A stretch of DNA of 64,000 bases from an uncultured bacterium (GTDB lineage: Bacteria > Auribacterota > Erginobacteria > Erginobacterales > Erginobacteraceae): assembly GCA_963822585.1 (NCBI GenBank), contig CAWGIE010000047.1, positions 128,001 to 192,000 on the forward strand, read 5' to 3'. The notes under the pieces are model-generated. The model searched no databases and had not been told where the DNA came from. It saw only the letters and a list, made by a program, of their open reading frames with translations. The translations under genes were made by a program, and so were the position numbers. Numbering within the stretch: position 1 is the first letter of the stretch; each line of letters opens with the position of its first letter. Below, one piece after another: positions 47,284 to 56,721 of the stretch.

Positions 47284-48135
47284 TTGAAATTCATCATTCA
47301 GGAACACCGCTCGGCTTCCGGGAAGACCCGGTATTATCTCCGCCTGGAGAAGGACGGGGTCTTCCAGGGCTGGGCGCTCCCCAAGGGGATCCCGCAAGAG
47401 TGGAAGGCGCGGCATCTGGCAATGGAGGTCGGCGCCTTCCCGCTGGCCCGAGCCGATTTTGCCGGACCGGTCCGGAAGGGGAAGTTCGGTCCGGGGACGG
47501 TCTCCGTCTGGGACCGGGGCGACCACCGGACGCATTTATGGTCGGCGGACAAGATCATCTTCGAGCTGACGGGAGGACGGGCGCGGGGACCTTTCGCGCT
47601 GGTCCGTTTTGTCAAAGCCGGCCCCGACTGCTGGCTTCTCGGCCAGACCGCGAAGCCGTCTCCCCCGAAGCCGCCGCCCCGGGTCCCGGAAGCGGATGCG
47701 ACGGCGGCACCGGTCGGGCCCCGGATGGAGGCAGCCGCGGAGAAAATGGTTCCTCCCGCCGCCCCCCGGTTGGCGGCCCTGCCCGTGAAGAAGCCCCCGG
47801 TCCCCCCGCGGCCGGCGGCGCCCGCGGAGATAACAACTCCTCCCGCCGGCGGGAAGAAAAGCCCCCCCGTCCGCCCCGCTCCCCGGAAGAAAAGAAAAGT
47901 CCGCCCCCGCCGCCGGCCGGTCCCTCCCACGCCCGCCATCTACCGGACCGGGAAGAAGGAATCGCGGACCGCGCGCCGCCGCTCCCGGCCGAAGAAGAAC
48001 GCCGCCCGCTGGCTGGATAGGAGGAGATATACCTGGGAAGGCAGAATGGCCGGATGGCTGGTCTTCGCCCTGATCGCGGTCGCTCTTTTCGGTTTGATCA
48101 AACTGATCGTTTACCTGGGCGGGATTCTCTTTTGA
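47284..48135 (+). CDS. Second LigD phosphoesterase-like protein with Pro/Arg linker and C-terminal TM helix
   Basis: TTG start after aagga gives MKFIIQEH, parallel to its paralogs; YYLRLEKDGVFQGWALPKG. Confidence 0.8.
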   Translation: MKFIIQEHRSASGKTRYYLRLEKDGVFQGWALPKGIPQEWKARHLAMEVGAFPLARADFAGPVRKGKFGPGTVSVWDRGDHRTHLWSADKIIFELTGGRARGPFALVRFVKAGPDCWLLGQTAKPSPPKPPPRVPEADATAAPVGPRMEAAAEKMVPPAAPRLAALPVKKPPVPPRPAAPAEITTPPAGGKKSPPVRPAPRKKRKVRPRRRPVPPTPAIYRTGKKESRTARRRSRPKKNAARWLDRRRYTWEGRMAGWLVFALIAVALFGLIKLIVYLGGILF

Positions 48136-48259
48136 TCGGATTATTCGAGCGAAACGAGATCGCCGTGGTTCCGTTTTCTGTTGAGATCCCCTCCGGGCAG
48201 GAGTATGGTATCGATATCCGATTCGCACCGGTTTTTGTCCATTCCGGGAGGGTATTGCC

Positions 48260-48475
48260 ATGACCGATCGAACAGCAGGGAAGGTGAAAAGTCGGGCCGG
48301 ATTTCTTCTGGCCGTTTCCTGTATCGCCGTCGTCTGCAGCACCGCCGGGTGCGTGATGGCCGCCCGCAAGGGGGCGCAGAAAGCGGAGAAACGGGACGGC
48401 CCGGTAGGGCACGTGCTCAACGAAGTCAAAGAGGATATCCACCCCGGCTCCCAGCCGACCCCGGCTGAGGAGTAA
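48260..48475 (+). CDS. Small putative lipoprotein
   Basis: RBS ggaggg; hydrophobic stretch and TAGC. Confidence 0.55.
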   Translation: MTDRTAGKVKSRAGFLLAVSCIAVVCSTAGCVMAARKGAQKAEKRDGPVGHVLNEVKEDIHPGSQPTPAEE

Positions 48476-48508
48476 ACCGGGCGATCCCGCGACCGGGGGC
48501 TTTCTCCT

Positions 48509-49723
48509 TCAGTACACCCCGCTTCTCCGGTAGGCGGTGCGGTAAATCTGCACGATCTCCTGCCGGGTGGGGACCTTCACGTTGGACTTGAAGCAGTTGT
48601 CCTCCCTGGCCATCCCGGCCATGGTATCGAAGTCCTCCGCCTTCACCTTCAGCTCCCGGATGTTGTCGGGGACCTGGAGTGTTTTTCTCAGGTTTTTTAT
48701 CTCCCGGATGAATTTCCGGGCGCTCAGCGTGTTGCTCATGGACCAGGGGGAAATCCCGGTTACCTTGGCCAGCATGGCGTAATCGCGGTAGCTGACGTCG
48801 AAGTTGAACTCCATCACGTAGGTAAGGAGGACGGCGTTGGCCACCCCGTGGGGGAGGTTATAGAGGCCGCTCAGCTGGTGGGACATCGCGTGGACCAGGC
48901 CCAGCCCGGCGTTGCTGAAGGCCATCCCGGCCAGGTATTCGGCCACGGCCATCTTTTCCCGGGCGATGATGTCTTGGCCGTTCCGGAAGGCGGCGGGGAG
49001 GAAGTCGAAGATGAGGATGATCGCCCCCAGCGCCTGGCAGTCGGTCAGGTCGTTCCTTTCCCGGGAGGTGTACGCCTCGATGGCATGGGTGAGGGCGTCC
49101 AGGCCGGTGGCCGCCGTGAGTTTCGGGGGCATCCCGACCATGATCTCCGGGTCGTTGACGGCGATCTCGGGGACCACCCTCTCGTCGGAGATGTCGATTT
49201 TGTGATGTTTCCCGGCCTCGGTGATGACGAAGATCCGGGACATCTCGGCGGCGGTCCCGGCGGTGGTGTTGACGGCCATGTGGGGGACGGGGGAGGCGGG
49301 ACCGAGATCGCTTTCCAGAAGGACCATTTTCACCGCCTTGGCGGTGTCGTGAGCGCTGCCCCCGCCCAGTGAGACCAGGGAATCGCACCCGGATTCCAAA
49401 AATGTTTTCAGGACCGTCCCGGCCACCTCGAAAGTGGGGTTGGGGGTGACGGCGGTTGAAATAACGGACCGGATCCCGGCCCGGGCGAGGTGCTCCCCGA
49501 TCATCCGGGCGTTTCCCGATTCCTCCATGTGCCGGTCGGTAATGATGAGCGCCCGGGCGGCGCCGGTTTTAGCGAACTCGTCTCCGCAGAGCTTCAGGCA
49601 TCCCTTCCCGGTCAGCGTCTTGGGGGGCATCAGATAGATGGACGGAGGCTTGTCGGTCGGGTAGATATAGTGATGTTTGATGATCAAAGGTTCTTCTCCG
49701 CGCGGTTTCCCAGAGAGGGCCAT
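48509..49723 (-). CDS. Iron-containing alcohol dehydrogenase (start uncertain)
   Basis: GGGS, NTTAGT, DALTHAIEAY, HAMSHQL..PHG. Confidence 0.9.
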   Translation of the reverse strand: MALSGKPRGEEPLIIKHHYIYPTDKPPSIYLMPPKTLTGKGCLKLCGDEFAKTGAARALIITDRHMEESGNARMIGEHLARAGIRSVISTAVTPNPTFEVAGTVLKTFLESGCDSLVSLGGGSAHDTAKAVKMVLLESDLGPASPVPHMAVNTTAGTAAEMSRIFVITEAGKHHKIDISDERVVPEIAVNDPEIMVGMPPKLTAATGLDALTHAIEAYTSRERNDLTDCQALGAIILIFDFLPAAFRNGQDIIAREKMAVAEYLAGMAFSNAGLGLVHAMSHQLSGLYNLPHGVANAVLLTYVMEFNFDVSYRDYAMLAKVTGISPWSMSNTLSARKFIREIKNLRKTLQVPDNIRELKVKAEDFDTMAGMAREDNCFKSNVKVPTRQEIVQIYRTAYRRSGVY

Positions 49724-49888
49724 TATCGCACAAAGCCCCGGCGGGAGAAAACAGTAATCCGGCGTCCCCGCCGGAAGGCGAAGAAGCTATTTTCTTTATC
49801 TTGAACCGACTCCCGGGAAAAAGGTATAGTAGAGAGGTGTCCCGCCTATCGCATCGCCGATTCTTAACCATAATGTACAGGTGATATA

Positions 49889-50542
49889 ATGAAAGACAAG
49901 ACGTCGCCGGATAGTAAAGACCCCTATATTAAACTCAAATTGAGAACGTTCATGAGGACCGACGAGGCCTATCTGGTCGATCTCGGCGCGGGCAAAGTCT
50001 GGATCCCGGTCGATGCCATCAAATCCACCCGGAGAGTGGACCAGGGTATCCTCTCTATCGAGGTCAAAGAAAGCGTGATCAGGGAAAAGCGCCGGGAGCT
50101 GCGCCGGATCAAGGAGGAATTGACCGGTTTGAAGGGTTCCGTCCGGGGAGAGGTTGTCGAGCTGACCGGAAAGCTGCTGGAAGAAAGCCCTCATGCCTGC
50201 CTGATCAAATTAGGGGCCAAAGAGATTTTCATGCCCCGGGTATGCTTCGCCGAATTGGAAAAGCTCCCCGACGGGAATTACCGCTTTGTGCTGGAAAAGA
50301 ACTTCCTGGAGTTCAAGCTCAAGCAAAAACATCCGGAACGGCCCGAGGCGGGGGAGGAGACGACCACGGCCCGGGTCGAGATCCTGCAGGAGACCGATCG
50401 GGCCTACTTCCTGGGTTGCCAGGAGGTCTCCTTCTGGTACCCCAAAAGAGAAGTCATCGAGATAAAACCCGCCGGCGAGAAATGGGATATCGTCGTCCCT
50501 CTCGATTTCTGGCGGTTCAAGCTGGAAAACTGTGTTTCCTGA
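49889..50542 (+). CDS. Hypothetical protein with three copies of a small beta-rich domain
   Basis: TDEAYLV..VWIP / ESPHACLI..IFMP / ETDRAYFL..FWYP. Confidence 0.7.
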   Translation: MKDKTSPDSKDPYIKLKLRTFMRTDEAYLVDLGAGKVWIPVDAIKSTRRVDQGILSIEVKESVIREKRRELRRIKEELTGLKGSVRGEVVELTGKLLEESPHACLIKLGAKEIFMPRVCFAELEKLPDGNYRFVLEKNFLEFKLKQKHPERPEAGEETTTARVEILQETDRAYFLGCQEVSFWYPKREVIEIKPAGEKWDIVVPLDFWRFKLENCVS

Positions 50543-50583
50543 TAGCGCCCTCCGGATCAGCCCACGTCCGCGCGCATACCCCG

Positions 50584-51909
50584 ATGAGCCGAGAGAAACC
50601 CCAGATTCTGGCCGCCGATTCTAAAGGCACGATCTACAGCCTGCCCGGGGTGGAGGCGGCGGGGATGAAAGGAGGCTGCTTCTTCCGGCTGCCGCCCCGG
50701 GAACTGGTCCCGCTGCCCCCCGGGAGCGAACTTTTCCTCCTCCCCGGGCGGATGCCGGTGGGCTGGGATCCGGCGGCGGGAGGGTTCATCACCCTGGGCG
50801 CCGGCGCGCTGCCAGATAAAAACAAAGACTGCTTCGCCGTGGCCGCCTTTGTTTCCCCCGGCTTCACGGCCTCTTTCAGCAGCGCCTACGCCGAGAGCGG
50901 AAACCCGGTCCTCCTCCCCCTTTTTTCTTACGCCGCCTGCGCCTTCTATAAAGGTTCCTTCCATGCCGCCTGCCTGCGGGTGGACCGGGAACGCCGCCAG
51001 GACGTCGGGCTCATGGATATCGACGCGGTGCGAAGAAACGCCGCCGAGCTGAAAAAGACCTTCCCCGGCAACCGGCTGGTCGTCCACCTGGAAGGTTGCG
51101 CGCTCACTTACAGCTGCCCGGCGGCTAAAAATTTCTTCCTGGGCCGGTATGAAGCGCCGCTGCCCACGTCGCCGTCCTGCAACGCCCGCTGCGCCGGGTG
51201 CATCTCCCTTCAGCCGCCGGGACGCTGCCCGGTTACCCAGCCCCGGATCGCCTTCCTCCCCGACCCGGAGGAGGTGGCGGAGGTTGCCCTCTTCCATATT
51301 GCCCGCGTTCGGGACCCGGTAGTAAGCTTCGGCCAGGGGTGCGAGGGGGAACCACTGCTGGCCGGAAAAGTGCTGGAGAAGTCGATCCGGCTGATCAGAA
51401 ACCGGACTGCCCGGGGGATGATCAACCTCAATACCAACGCCAGCCGGCCGCAGACCGTGGGGAGGCTTTTCGATGCCGGTCTCGACAGCATCCGGGTCAG
51501 TTTGAACAGCGTCCGGCCGGACTATTACCGGCGGTATTTTCAGCCCCGGGGGTACCATTTCCGGGAGGTGCTGCGCTCGATCAAAACGGCCAAAGAGAAG
51601 CAGGGGTTCGTCTCGGTCAACTACCTGACCATGCCCGGCTTCACGGATTGCCGCGAAGAAATCGCGGCCTTCCGGGGTTTTCTGGAGAGATACCGCATCG
51701 ACATGATCCAGTGGAGGAACCTGAATTACGACCCCCGGCGGTATTTCCGGGAACTCAAGGTTTCGGTGAAACCGGAGGAGATGACCGGCGTCCGGCAGCT
51801 TATTCATTCCCTGAAGAAGGAGTTTCCCAAATTGATGATGGGGTACTTCAACCCGTCGCGGGAGAGGATACAGCGGCATGTTCAGGCAAAGCATAAAAGA
51901 AGAATATAG
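50584..51909 (+). CDS. Radical SAM protein (uncharacterised family)
   Basis: PTSPSCNARCAGC, SFGQGCEGEPL, NLNTNAS; start at MSREKP. Confidence 0.9.
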   Translation: MSREKPQILAADSKGTIYSLPGVEAAGMKGGCFFRLPPRELVPLPPGSELFLLPGRMPVGWDPAAGGFITLGAGALPDKNKDCFAVAAFVSPGFTASFSSAYAESGNPVLLPLFSYAACAFYKGSFHAACLRVDRERRQDVGLMDIDAVRRNAAELKKTFPGNRLVVHLEGCALTYSCPAAKNFFLGRYEAPLPTSPSCNARCAGCISLQPPGRCPVTQPRIAFLPDPEEVAEVALFHIARVRDPVVSFGQGCEGEPLLAGKVLEKSIRLIRNRTARGMINLNTNASRPQTVGRLFDAGLDSIRVSLNSVRPDYYRRYFQPRGYHFREVLRSIKTAKEKQGFVSVNYLTMPGFTDCREEIAAFRGFLERYRIDMIQWRNLNYDPRRYFRELKVSVKPEEMTGVRQLIHSLKKEFPKLMMGYFNPSRERIQRHVQAKHKRRI

Positions 51910-52340
51910 CGAAGAAGTAAGATTGAACAAGTATATGTGGCTCGGCTGAAAGGAGTGATGGAGTATTGGAGTGGTGGAATGATGGAAAAAACCGAACGGC
52001 ATCCATTTTCCTCTTCCATCACATCCAATCGTCTGTTTCAAAAGGGGGTGAGGGAGGGGGGATGTTTCGTGCAATCCTTCGGCTACGCTCAGGACAAGTT
52101 TCGCGTAATTCGTAGTTCAAAAGGGGGCGCGGCGGGGGAACAATTAGTGTCCATTAGTGAAATTCGTGGACTAAAAAGGGGCCGAGGCGAGGATCAAAAC
52201 TCAACGTCGAACGTTGAACGTCGAACTTCCAACGTCGAACGTCGAACAGGAACGTTCAACCCAATTCGTGTAATCCTTCGGCTACGCTCAGGACAAGTTT
52301 CGCGAAATTCGTAGTTTGATAAAAGGGGGGAGGCAATGTC

Positions 52341-52727
52341 ATGATCTTCGTGATACAGGAACACTGGGCCTCGACCCACCACTTCGACTTCCGCCTGGAG
52401 CGCAACGGCGTCCTGAAAAGCTGGGCGGTGCCCAAGGGGATCCCGGAGCGTCCGGGCAGCAAACTCCTGGCCATCCAGGTCGAAGATCACCCACTCTCCT
52501 GGGCCGGTTTCGAGGGGACGATCGCGGAGGGGGAGTACGGCGCCGGCGAGGTGAAAATCTGGGACCGGGGAACCTACCAGGCTCAGAAGTGGACGGAGGA
52601 GGAGATCCTCTTCACTCTCCACGGGGCCCGGGTCCGGGGCCCCTACGTTCTGTTCCGTTTTCCCCAGGCCGGACCCCGCCACTGGCTGCTGGCCAAACGG
52701 AGAGCGGAAGAGAGTTTGTCCGAATAA
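52341..52727 (+). CDS. Stand-alone LigD-type 3'-phosphoesterase
   Basis: QEH..HFDFRLE..SWAVPKG..VEDHPL..FEG.I.EGEYGAG.V.IWDRG. Confidence 0.9.
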   Translation: MIFVIQEHWASTHHFDFRLERNGVLKSWAVPKGIPERPGSKLLAIQVEDHPLSWAGFEGTIAEGEYGAGEVKIWDRGTYQAQKWTEEEILFTLHGARVRGPYVLFRFPQAGPRHWLLAKRRAEESLSE

Positions 52728-52924
52728 GTATTGAAGAAATTGTGCCTGGAATGAAAAAATATATTCACCACGAAGATCACGAAGTACACGAAGAATTAAT
52801 TAAGGGAAAATGAGATCGGGATGGTTGATACCGCCATCTTCGTGACCTTCGTGTTCTTCGTGGTTCCAATCGGTTTTTACGATAATAGTAATATCTTCTA
52901 AGTGGTATAACCGGAAGCTATAAG

Positions 52925-53536
52925 ATGGGATTGAGCATTCATTACCGGGGGCGGTTGAAATCGCCGGAGGCGATCCCGGCCATTACCGATGAGCTGACCG
53001 ACATCTGCGAGAGCCTGGGCTGGGAATATTCCCGCCTGGATGAAGACTTTAACCGGGAAAACACCTCCCGGCTGGATCACACCGATAATGGGGCCAGGAT
53101 CACCGGCCATCTGCCGCTGAAAGGGGTCGGGATCTCGCCGGGGCAGGGGAGCGAGGGGCTCTCCTTCTTCTTCGACCGGGTGGGCAACCTGGTTGCCCCC
53201 CTGACGATGGCGATCTCCGGTCCGGTCAAGGATGAGTTGCCCTGGGCCGCGGTCAAGACGCAGTTCGCCCCCCTCGATATCCACATCACCATCATCAAGC
53301 TTTTTCGGTACCTGAAGAAGAAGTACTTCGCGATCTTCGAGGTCGAGGATGAGGGAGACTACTGGGAGACCGGGAACGAGGTTCTCCTGCGGAAGAAGAT
53401 GGAGTTCCTGGCCGGCAAGATCGACGCCTTCGCAAAAATGCTCTCGGAAGCCGACGCCGTCGATCCCGGCATCTCCCCCCATGCCCTGGCCGACCGGATA
53501 GAGGAACTCCTCCGGGACAGGTGGGACGAACTCTGA
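52925..53536 (+). CDS. Conserved hypothetical protein
   Basis: MGLSIHYRG, VKTQFAP, VEDEGDYWET; coding-like composition. Confidence 0.75.
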   Translation: MGLSIHYRGRLKSPEAIPAITDELTDICESLGWEYSRLDEDFNRENTSRLDHTDNGARITGHLPLKGVGISPGQGSEGLSFFFDRVGNLVAPLTMAISGPVKDELPWAAVKTQFAPLDIHITIIKLFRYLKKKYFAIFEVEDEGDYWETGNEVLLRKKMEFLAGKIDAFAKMLSEADAVDPGISPHALADRIEELLRDRWDEL

Positions 53537-53556
53537 CCCCGCGGGCCGGAAAGACC

Positions 53557-53781
53557 ATGAAACAGGCGCTTCTGCTTATCGATCTTCAAAATGACGCCCG
53601 GGATGTCATTACTCCCGGGTTCCTCCGCGCGCTCCGGGATGTCATCCGGAGATGCGAAGCAAAAGACATCCCCGTTATTCACGTCCTGACCGAATATACC
53701 GAAGAAGATCTGCCTCTGCTGAAACACGTCTTTGAAAAAGAGGCCGCCGAGGCGCGGGTGATTTCTCCGGAAGAGATTTAA
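53557..53781 (+). pseudogene. Truncated isochorismatase/cysteine hydrolase family protein
   Basis: ALLLIDLQND..IPVIHV, then stop at 74 aa; catalytic Lys/Cys half missing. Confidence 0.65.
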
Positions 53782-53792
53782 GGAACTGTCTC

Positions 53793-54419
53793 ATGAGCCG
53801 CGACAATATCATAGAAAAAGACTCGATCGGGGAAGCCTGGCTGGCCGCGGCGCGGTACGTTCTGCAGGCCGGCCGCCCGGTCGATTTCGGCGACGTCGAC
53901 GCCCGCGAGGTCCTCAATCTCCAGATCTTCGTCAAAAATCCCCGCCGGGATGATCCCCTCATTCAACAATACGGCGATCGGAAGATGATCGATTTCATGA
54001 TGGGAAATTTCTTCGGAGAGGAAAGCGTCGAAGAGTGGGGGTATTCCTACCGGGAACGCATCTTTACCCGGGACGGTCTGGAGCGCTTGATTTCCAGCCT
54101 GGTGGAAAATAGAAGCTCGACCTGGAGTGTGTTTACGCTCCTGCGGCCGGAAGAAGACGGGAAGCATCTTCCCTGCCTGACCCAGATCCAGGCGCTGGTC
54201 AGGGGGGAGAGACTCCGCCTCGTCGGTTACTTCCGCAGCCAGGACATCGGCGGCAAGCTGTACGCCGACCTCCTGGCCCTGACGAAGATCGGCAACCTGA
54301 TCAGAGAGAAAGTGAAGACACTTTCTCTGGAGATCGTCCTCCACGTCGCCTCCGCCCACGTCTACCGGGAAGATATTCCTCGCCTGGAAAAGATGGTATT
54401 CCGGGGAGACGATACTTAA
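53793..54419 (+). CDS. Thymidylate synthase-like protein (possible dCMP/CMP-specific variant)
   Basis: YSYRERI, LPCL, FRSQD, SAHVY. Confidence 0.8.
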   Translation: MSRDNIIEKDSIGEAWLAAARYVLQAGRPVDFGDVDAREVLNLQIFVKNPRRDDPLIQQYGDRKMIDFMMGNFFGEESVEEWGYSYRERIFTRDGLERLISSLVENRSSTWSVFTLLRPEEDGKHLPCLTQIQALVRGERLRLVGYFRSQDIGGKLYADLLALTKIGNLIREKVKTLSLEIVLHVASAHVYREDIPRLEKMVFRGDDT

Positions 54420-54466
54420 TTAATCGGCGCCCGGCCATCGCGGGTAAGTTGGACAACACAGTGACT

Positions 54467-54916
54467 CTATTCCCGGGATTTGAGCAGCCGCCGGTCGATC
54501 GACCAGCGGCCCGATCCCTCGATGATCAGGGCGGCCACGATACTCAAGGCCAGCAGGTGGAACTCAAAGCCCTCGCCCTTCTGCACCCCGGACCAGTTCA
54601 TGAAAAAACCGTATTGTCCATGCACCATCACGATCGCCACCAGCATGATGACGCCGATGCCGAAGGAGGCCAGGCGGGTGAAAAAACCCAGGATCAAGGC
54701 CAGGGGCGCGAAAAATTCCGTCAGGATCTCCACCGCCGCCAGGAAGGGCGGGATGTGGAGGGTCCCGGTAAAAAATCCCATCGTTCCCTGGAAACCGTAA
54801 CCGCCGAACCAGCCCAGAAGTTTCTGGGCTCCATGGGGGAAGATCACCACCCCCAGCATGACCCTGAGGATCAGCGCCGAAACGTTATTTCTGGTTTGCA
54901 GCATCCATCTCATCAT
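54467..54916 (-). CDS. DoxX family membrane protein
   Basis: HGAQKLLGWFGG, GEGFEFHLL, GRWSID. Confidence 0.9.
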   Translation of the reverse strand: MMRWMLQTRNNVSALILRVMLGVVIFPHGAQKLLGWFGGYGFQGTMGFFTGTLHIPPFLAAVEILTEFFAPLALILGFFTRLASFGIGVIMLVAIVMVHGQYGFFMNWSGVQKGEGFEFHLLALSIVAALIIEGSGRWSIDRRLLKSRE

Positions 54917-55046
54917 CGCTCACCTCCTGTCTGTTCTTGTCCCCCCGGGTTCCCGTTTTTATCCGGCCCGGGCCGTTTTCAGTTCTTCCGAAGGAATGAC
55001 GACGGGAAGTTCTTCGCGGGATATTTTGAGTGGCCGGAATCGGGGA

Positions 55047-56153
55047 TTATTTCTTGAATAATTCGCTGAATTGGCCGTAGCCTTCTTTTTCCAGGTCTTC
55101 GGCGGGGACAAACCGGAGGGCGGCGGAGTTCAGGCAGTAGCGGAGTCCGGTCGGCGGCGGTCCGTCATTAAAGACGTGCCCGAGGTGGGAGTCGCCGAGC
55201 CGGCTTAACACCTCGGTCCGGGTGGAAAAGAAGCCGCGGTCTTCCTTCTCGACGATATTGCCGGGAACCAGCGGCTTGGTGAAACTGGGCCAGCCGGTCC
55301 CGGATTTATATTTGTCGAGCGAGCTGAAAAGAGGCTCCCCGGAAACGATGTCGACGTAAATGCCCGGGCGGTGATTGTCCCAGTACTCGTTCTGGAAAGC
55401 CGGTTCGGTCCCTCCCTTCTGGGTCACTTTAAACTGCAGGGGCGTCAGCCGTTTCTTCAGTTCGTCCCGGGACGGCTTCACGAACCCGGATGTCTTCGTC
55501 GCCTTTCGGTTCGGCAGCTCATCATCCCCCCATACCTTTTCCAGGAAACTGTCCCGACCGGAACGGTACCGGTAGAACTTGTATTTAAAGGTATGATTCT
55601 TGTAGTAATCCTGATGATAGTCTTCGGCCGGATAAAAGACGGTGGCGGGGAGGATCTCGGTCACGATCGGCTTATTGAAGCGGCCGGATCCCGCCAGTTC
55701 CTTCTTCGATTCCTCGGCCAGATTTTTCTGTTCCTGATCGAGGTAAAAAATCGCGGAGCGGTATTGCGGACCCCGGTCCACGAATTGTCCATTGGGATCG
55801 GTAGGGTCGATCTGCCGCCAGAAGACGTCGAGGAGTTCCGGGTAGCTTATTTTATCGGGATCGTAGGTTACCTTGATCGCTTCCAGGTGGCCTTTTTGGG
55901 CGTAATCCCCGTAGGTCGGATTCTCGCCCGTTCCTCCGGTATATCCGGAGATGACTTCGCTGACGCCGTCAAGTTTCTCAAACGGCGGTTCCATGCACCA
56001 GAAGCAGCCGCCGGCGAATATCGCCTCCCCGGTTTTTATTTCCGCTCCGGCACTCGCCGAGATAAACAAGAGAATCCATGCCAGGGCGGCGGCCAGGCAA
56101 CCCCGCCGCCGGCACCTCCCGATAATCGGGATCGCTGGTCCGGTCTTTTTCAT
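55047..56153 (-). CDS. msrAB: Exported peptide methionine sulfoxide reductase MsrA/MsrB fusion
   Basis: [34 protein letters not shown]; signal peptide. Confidence 0.92.
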   Translation of the reverse strand: MKKTGPAIPIIGRCRRRGCLAAALAWILLFISASAGAEIKTGEAIFAGGCFWCMEPPFEKLDGVSEVISGYTGGTGENPTYGDYAQKGHLEAIKVTYDPDKISYPELLDVFWRQIDPTDPNGQFVDRGPQYRSAIFYLDQEQKNLAEESKKELAGSGRFNKPIVTEILPATVFYPAEDYHQDYYKNHTFKYKFYRYRSGRDSFLEKVWGDDELPNRKATKTSGFVKPSRDELKKRLTPLQFKVTQKGGTEPAFQNEYWDNHRPGIYVDIVSGEPLFSSLDKYKSGTGWPSFTKPLVPGNIVEKEDRGFFSTRTEVLSRLGDSHLGHVFNDGPPPTGLRYCLNSAALRFVPAEDLEKEGYGQFSELFKK

Positions 56154-56217
56154 AGATACCTGTCCTTTTCCGCGGGAGAAAAGATCGCCGCCAGACAGCA
56201 ACAGTCTCCTCAGAGGT

Positions 56218-56613
56218 TTATTCGATTCCGATCTCCGCCGCGCTCTCCCAGAGTCCGTGAATGTTGCAGTAGGAGGAAGCGAGGATCGTGCCCGGTTTGT
56301 CGGTCTTGACGCTCAAAACCACCCGGGGATGGGTATAGACCGTGCTGGTGTCGGCGCCATCGGTCGAGGCTCCATGGGCGGTAAACTCGGCCTTGCCGAT
56401 CTGGTAAGGGAACTTCTCCCCCTCGGGGAGAAAATAGATGTCGATCCAGCAGATGTGATGCTCGGTCTTGTTGGGGTGGGGGATCTCCTTCCCTACGCTC
56501 ACCGTGACCTGGAAAAGCTCGCCGGCGGTTACTTTTTCCGGGGCCTCGATCACCGGGACGTGCTTCTCCTTTTTCCAATCGGCGCTCTGAAACAATGTAT
56601 CCATTGCGGCCAT
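56218..56613 (-). CDS. 1Fe superoxide reductase-like (class II SORL/neelaredoxin) protein
   Basis: [19 protein letters not shown]. Confidence 0.9.
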   Translation of the reverse strand: MAAMDTLFQSADWKKEKHVPVIEAPEKVTAGELFQVTVSVGKEIPHPNKTEHHICWIDIYFLPEGEKFPYQIGKAEFTAHGASTDGADTSTVYTHPRVVLSVKTDKPGTILASSYCNIHGLWESAAEIGIE

Positions 56614-56721
56614 CACACTACCTCCTTCAGGTTAAGAGTTCTCTTCCGATCAATGAGCGCCTTCGGCGTAATTGTTCACCCCGAAGACACTCAGACACAA
56701 AAAATAAAAAAATCGAGATCA

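Noticed and set aside
50242..50583. N-terminal extension of the radical SAM ORF
   Set aside because: It overlaps the 49889-50542 gene; family-like sequence starts at MSREKP.
52341..52727. Complete NHEJ locus
   Set aside because: No Ku, ligase or polymerase domain in the window.
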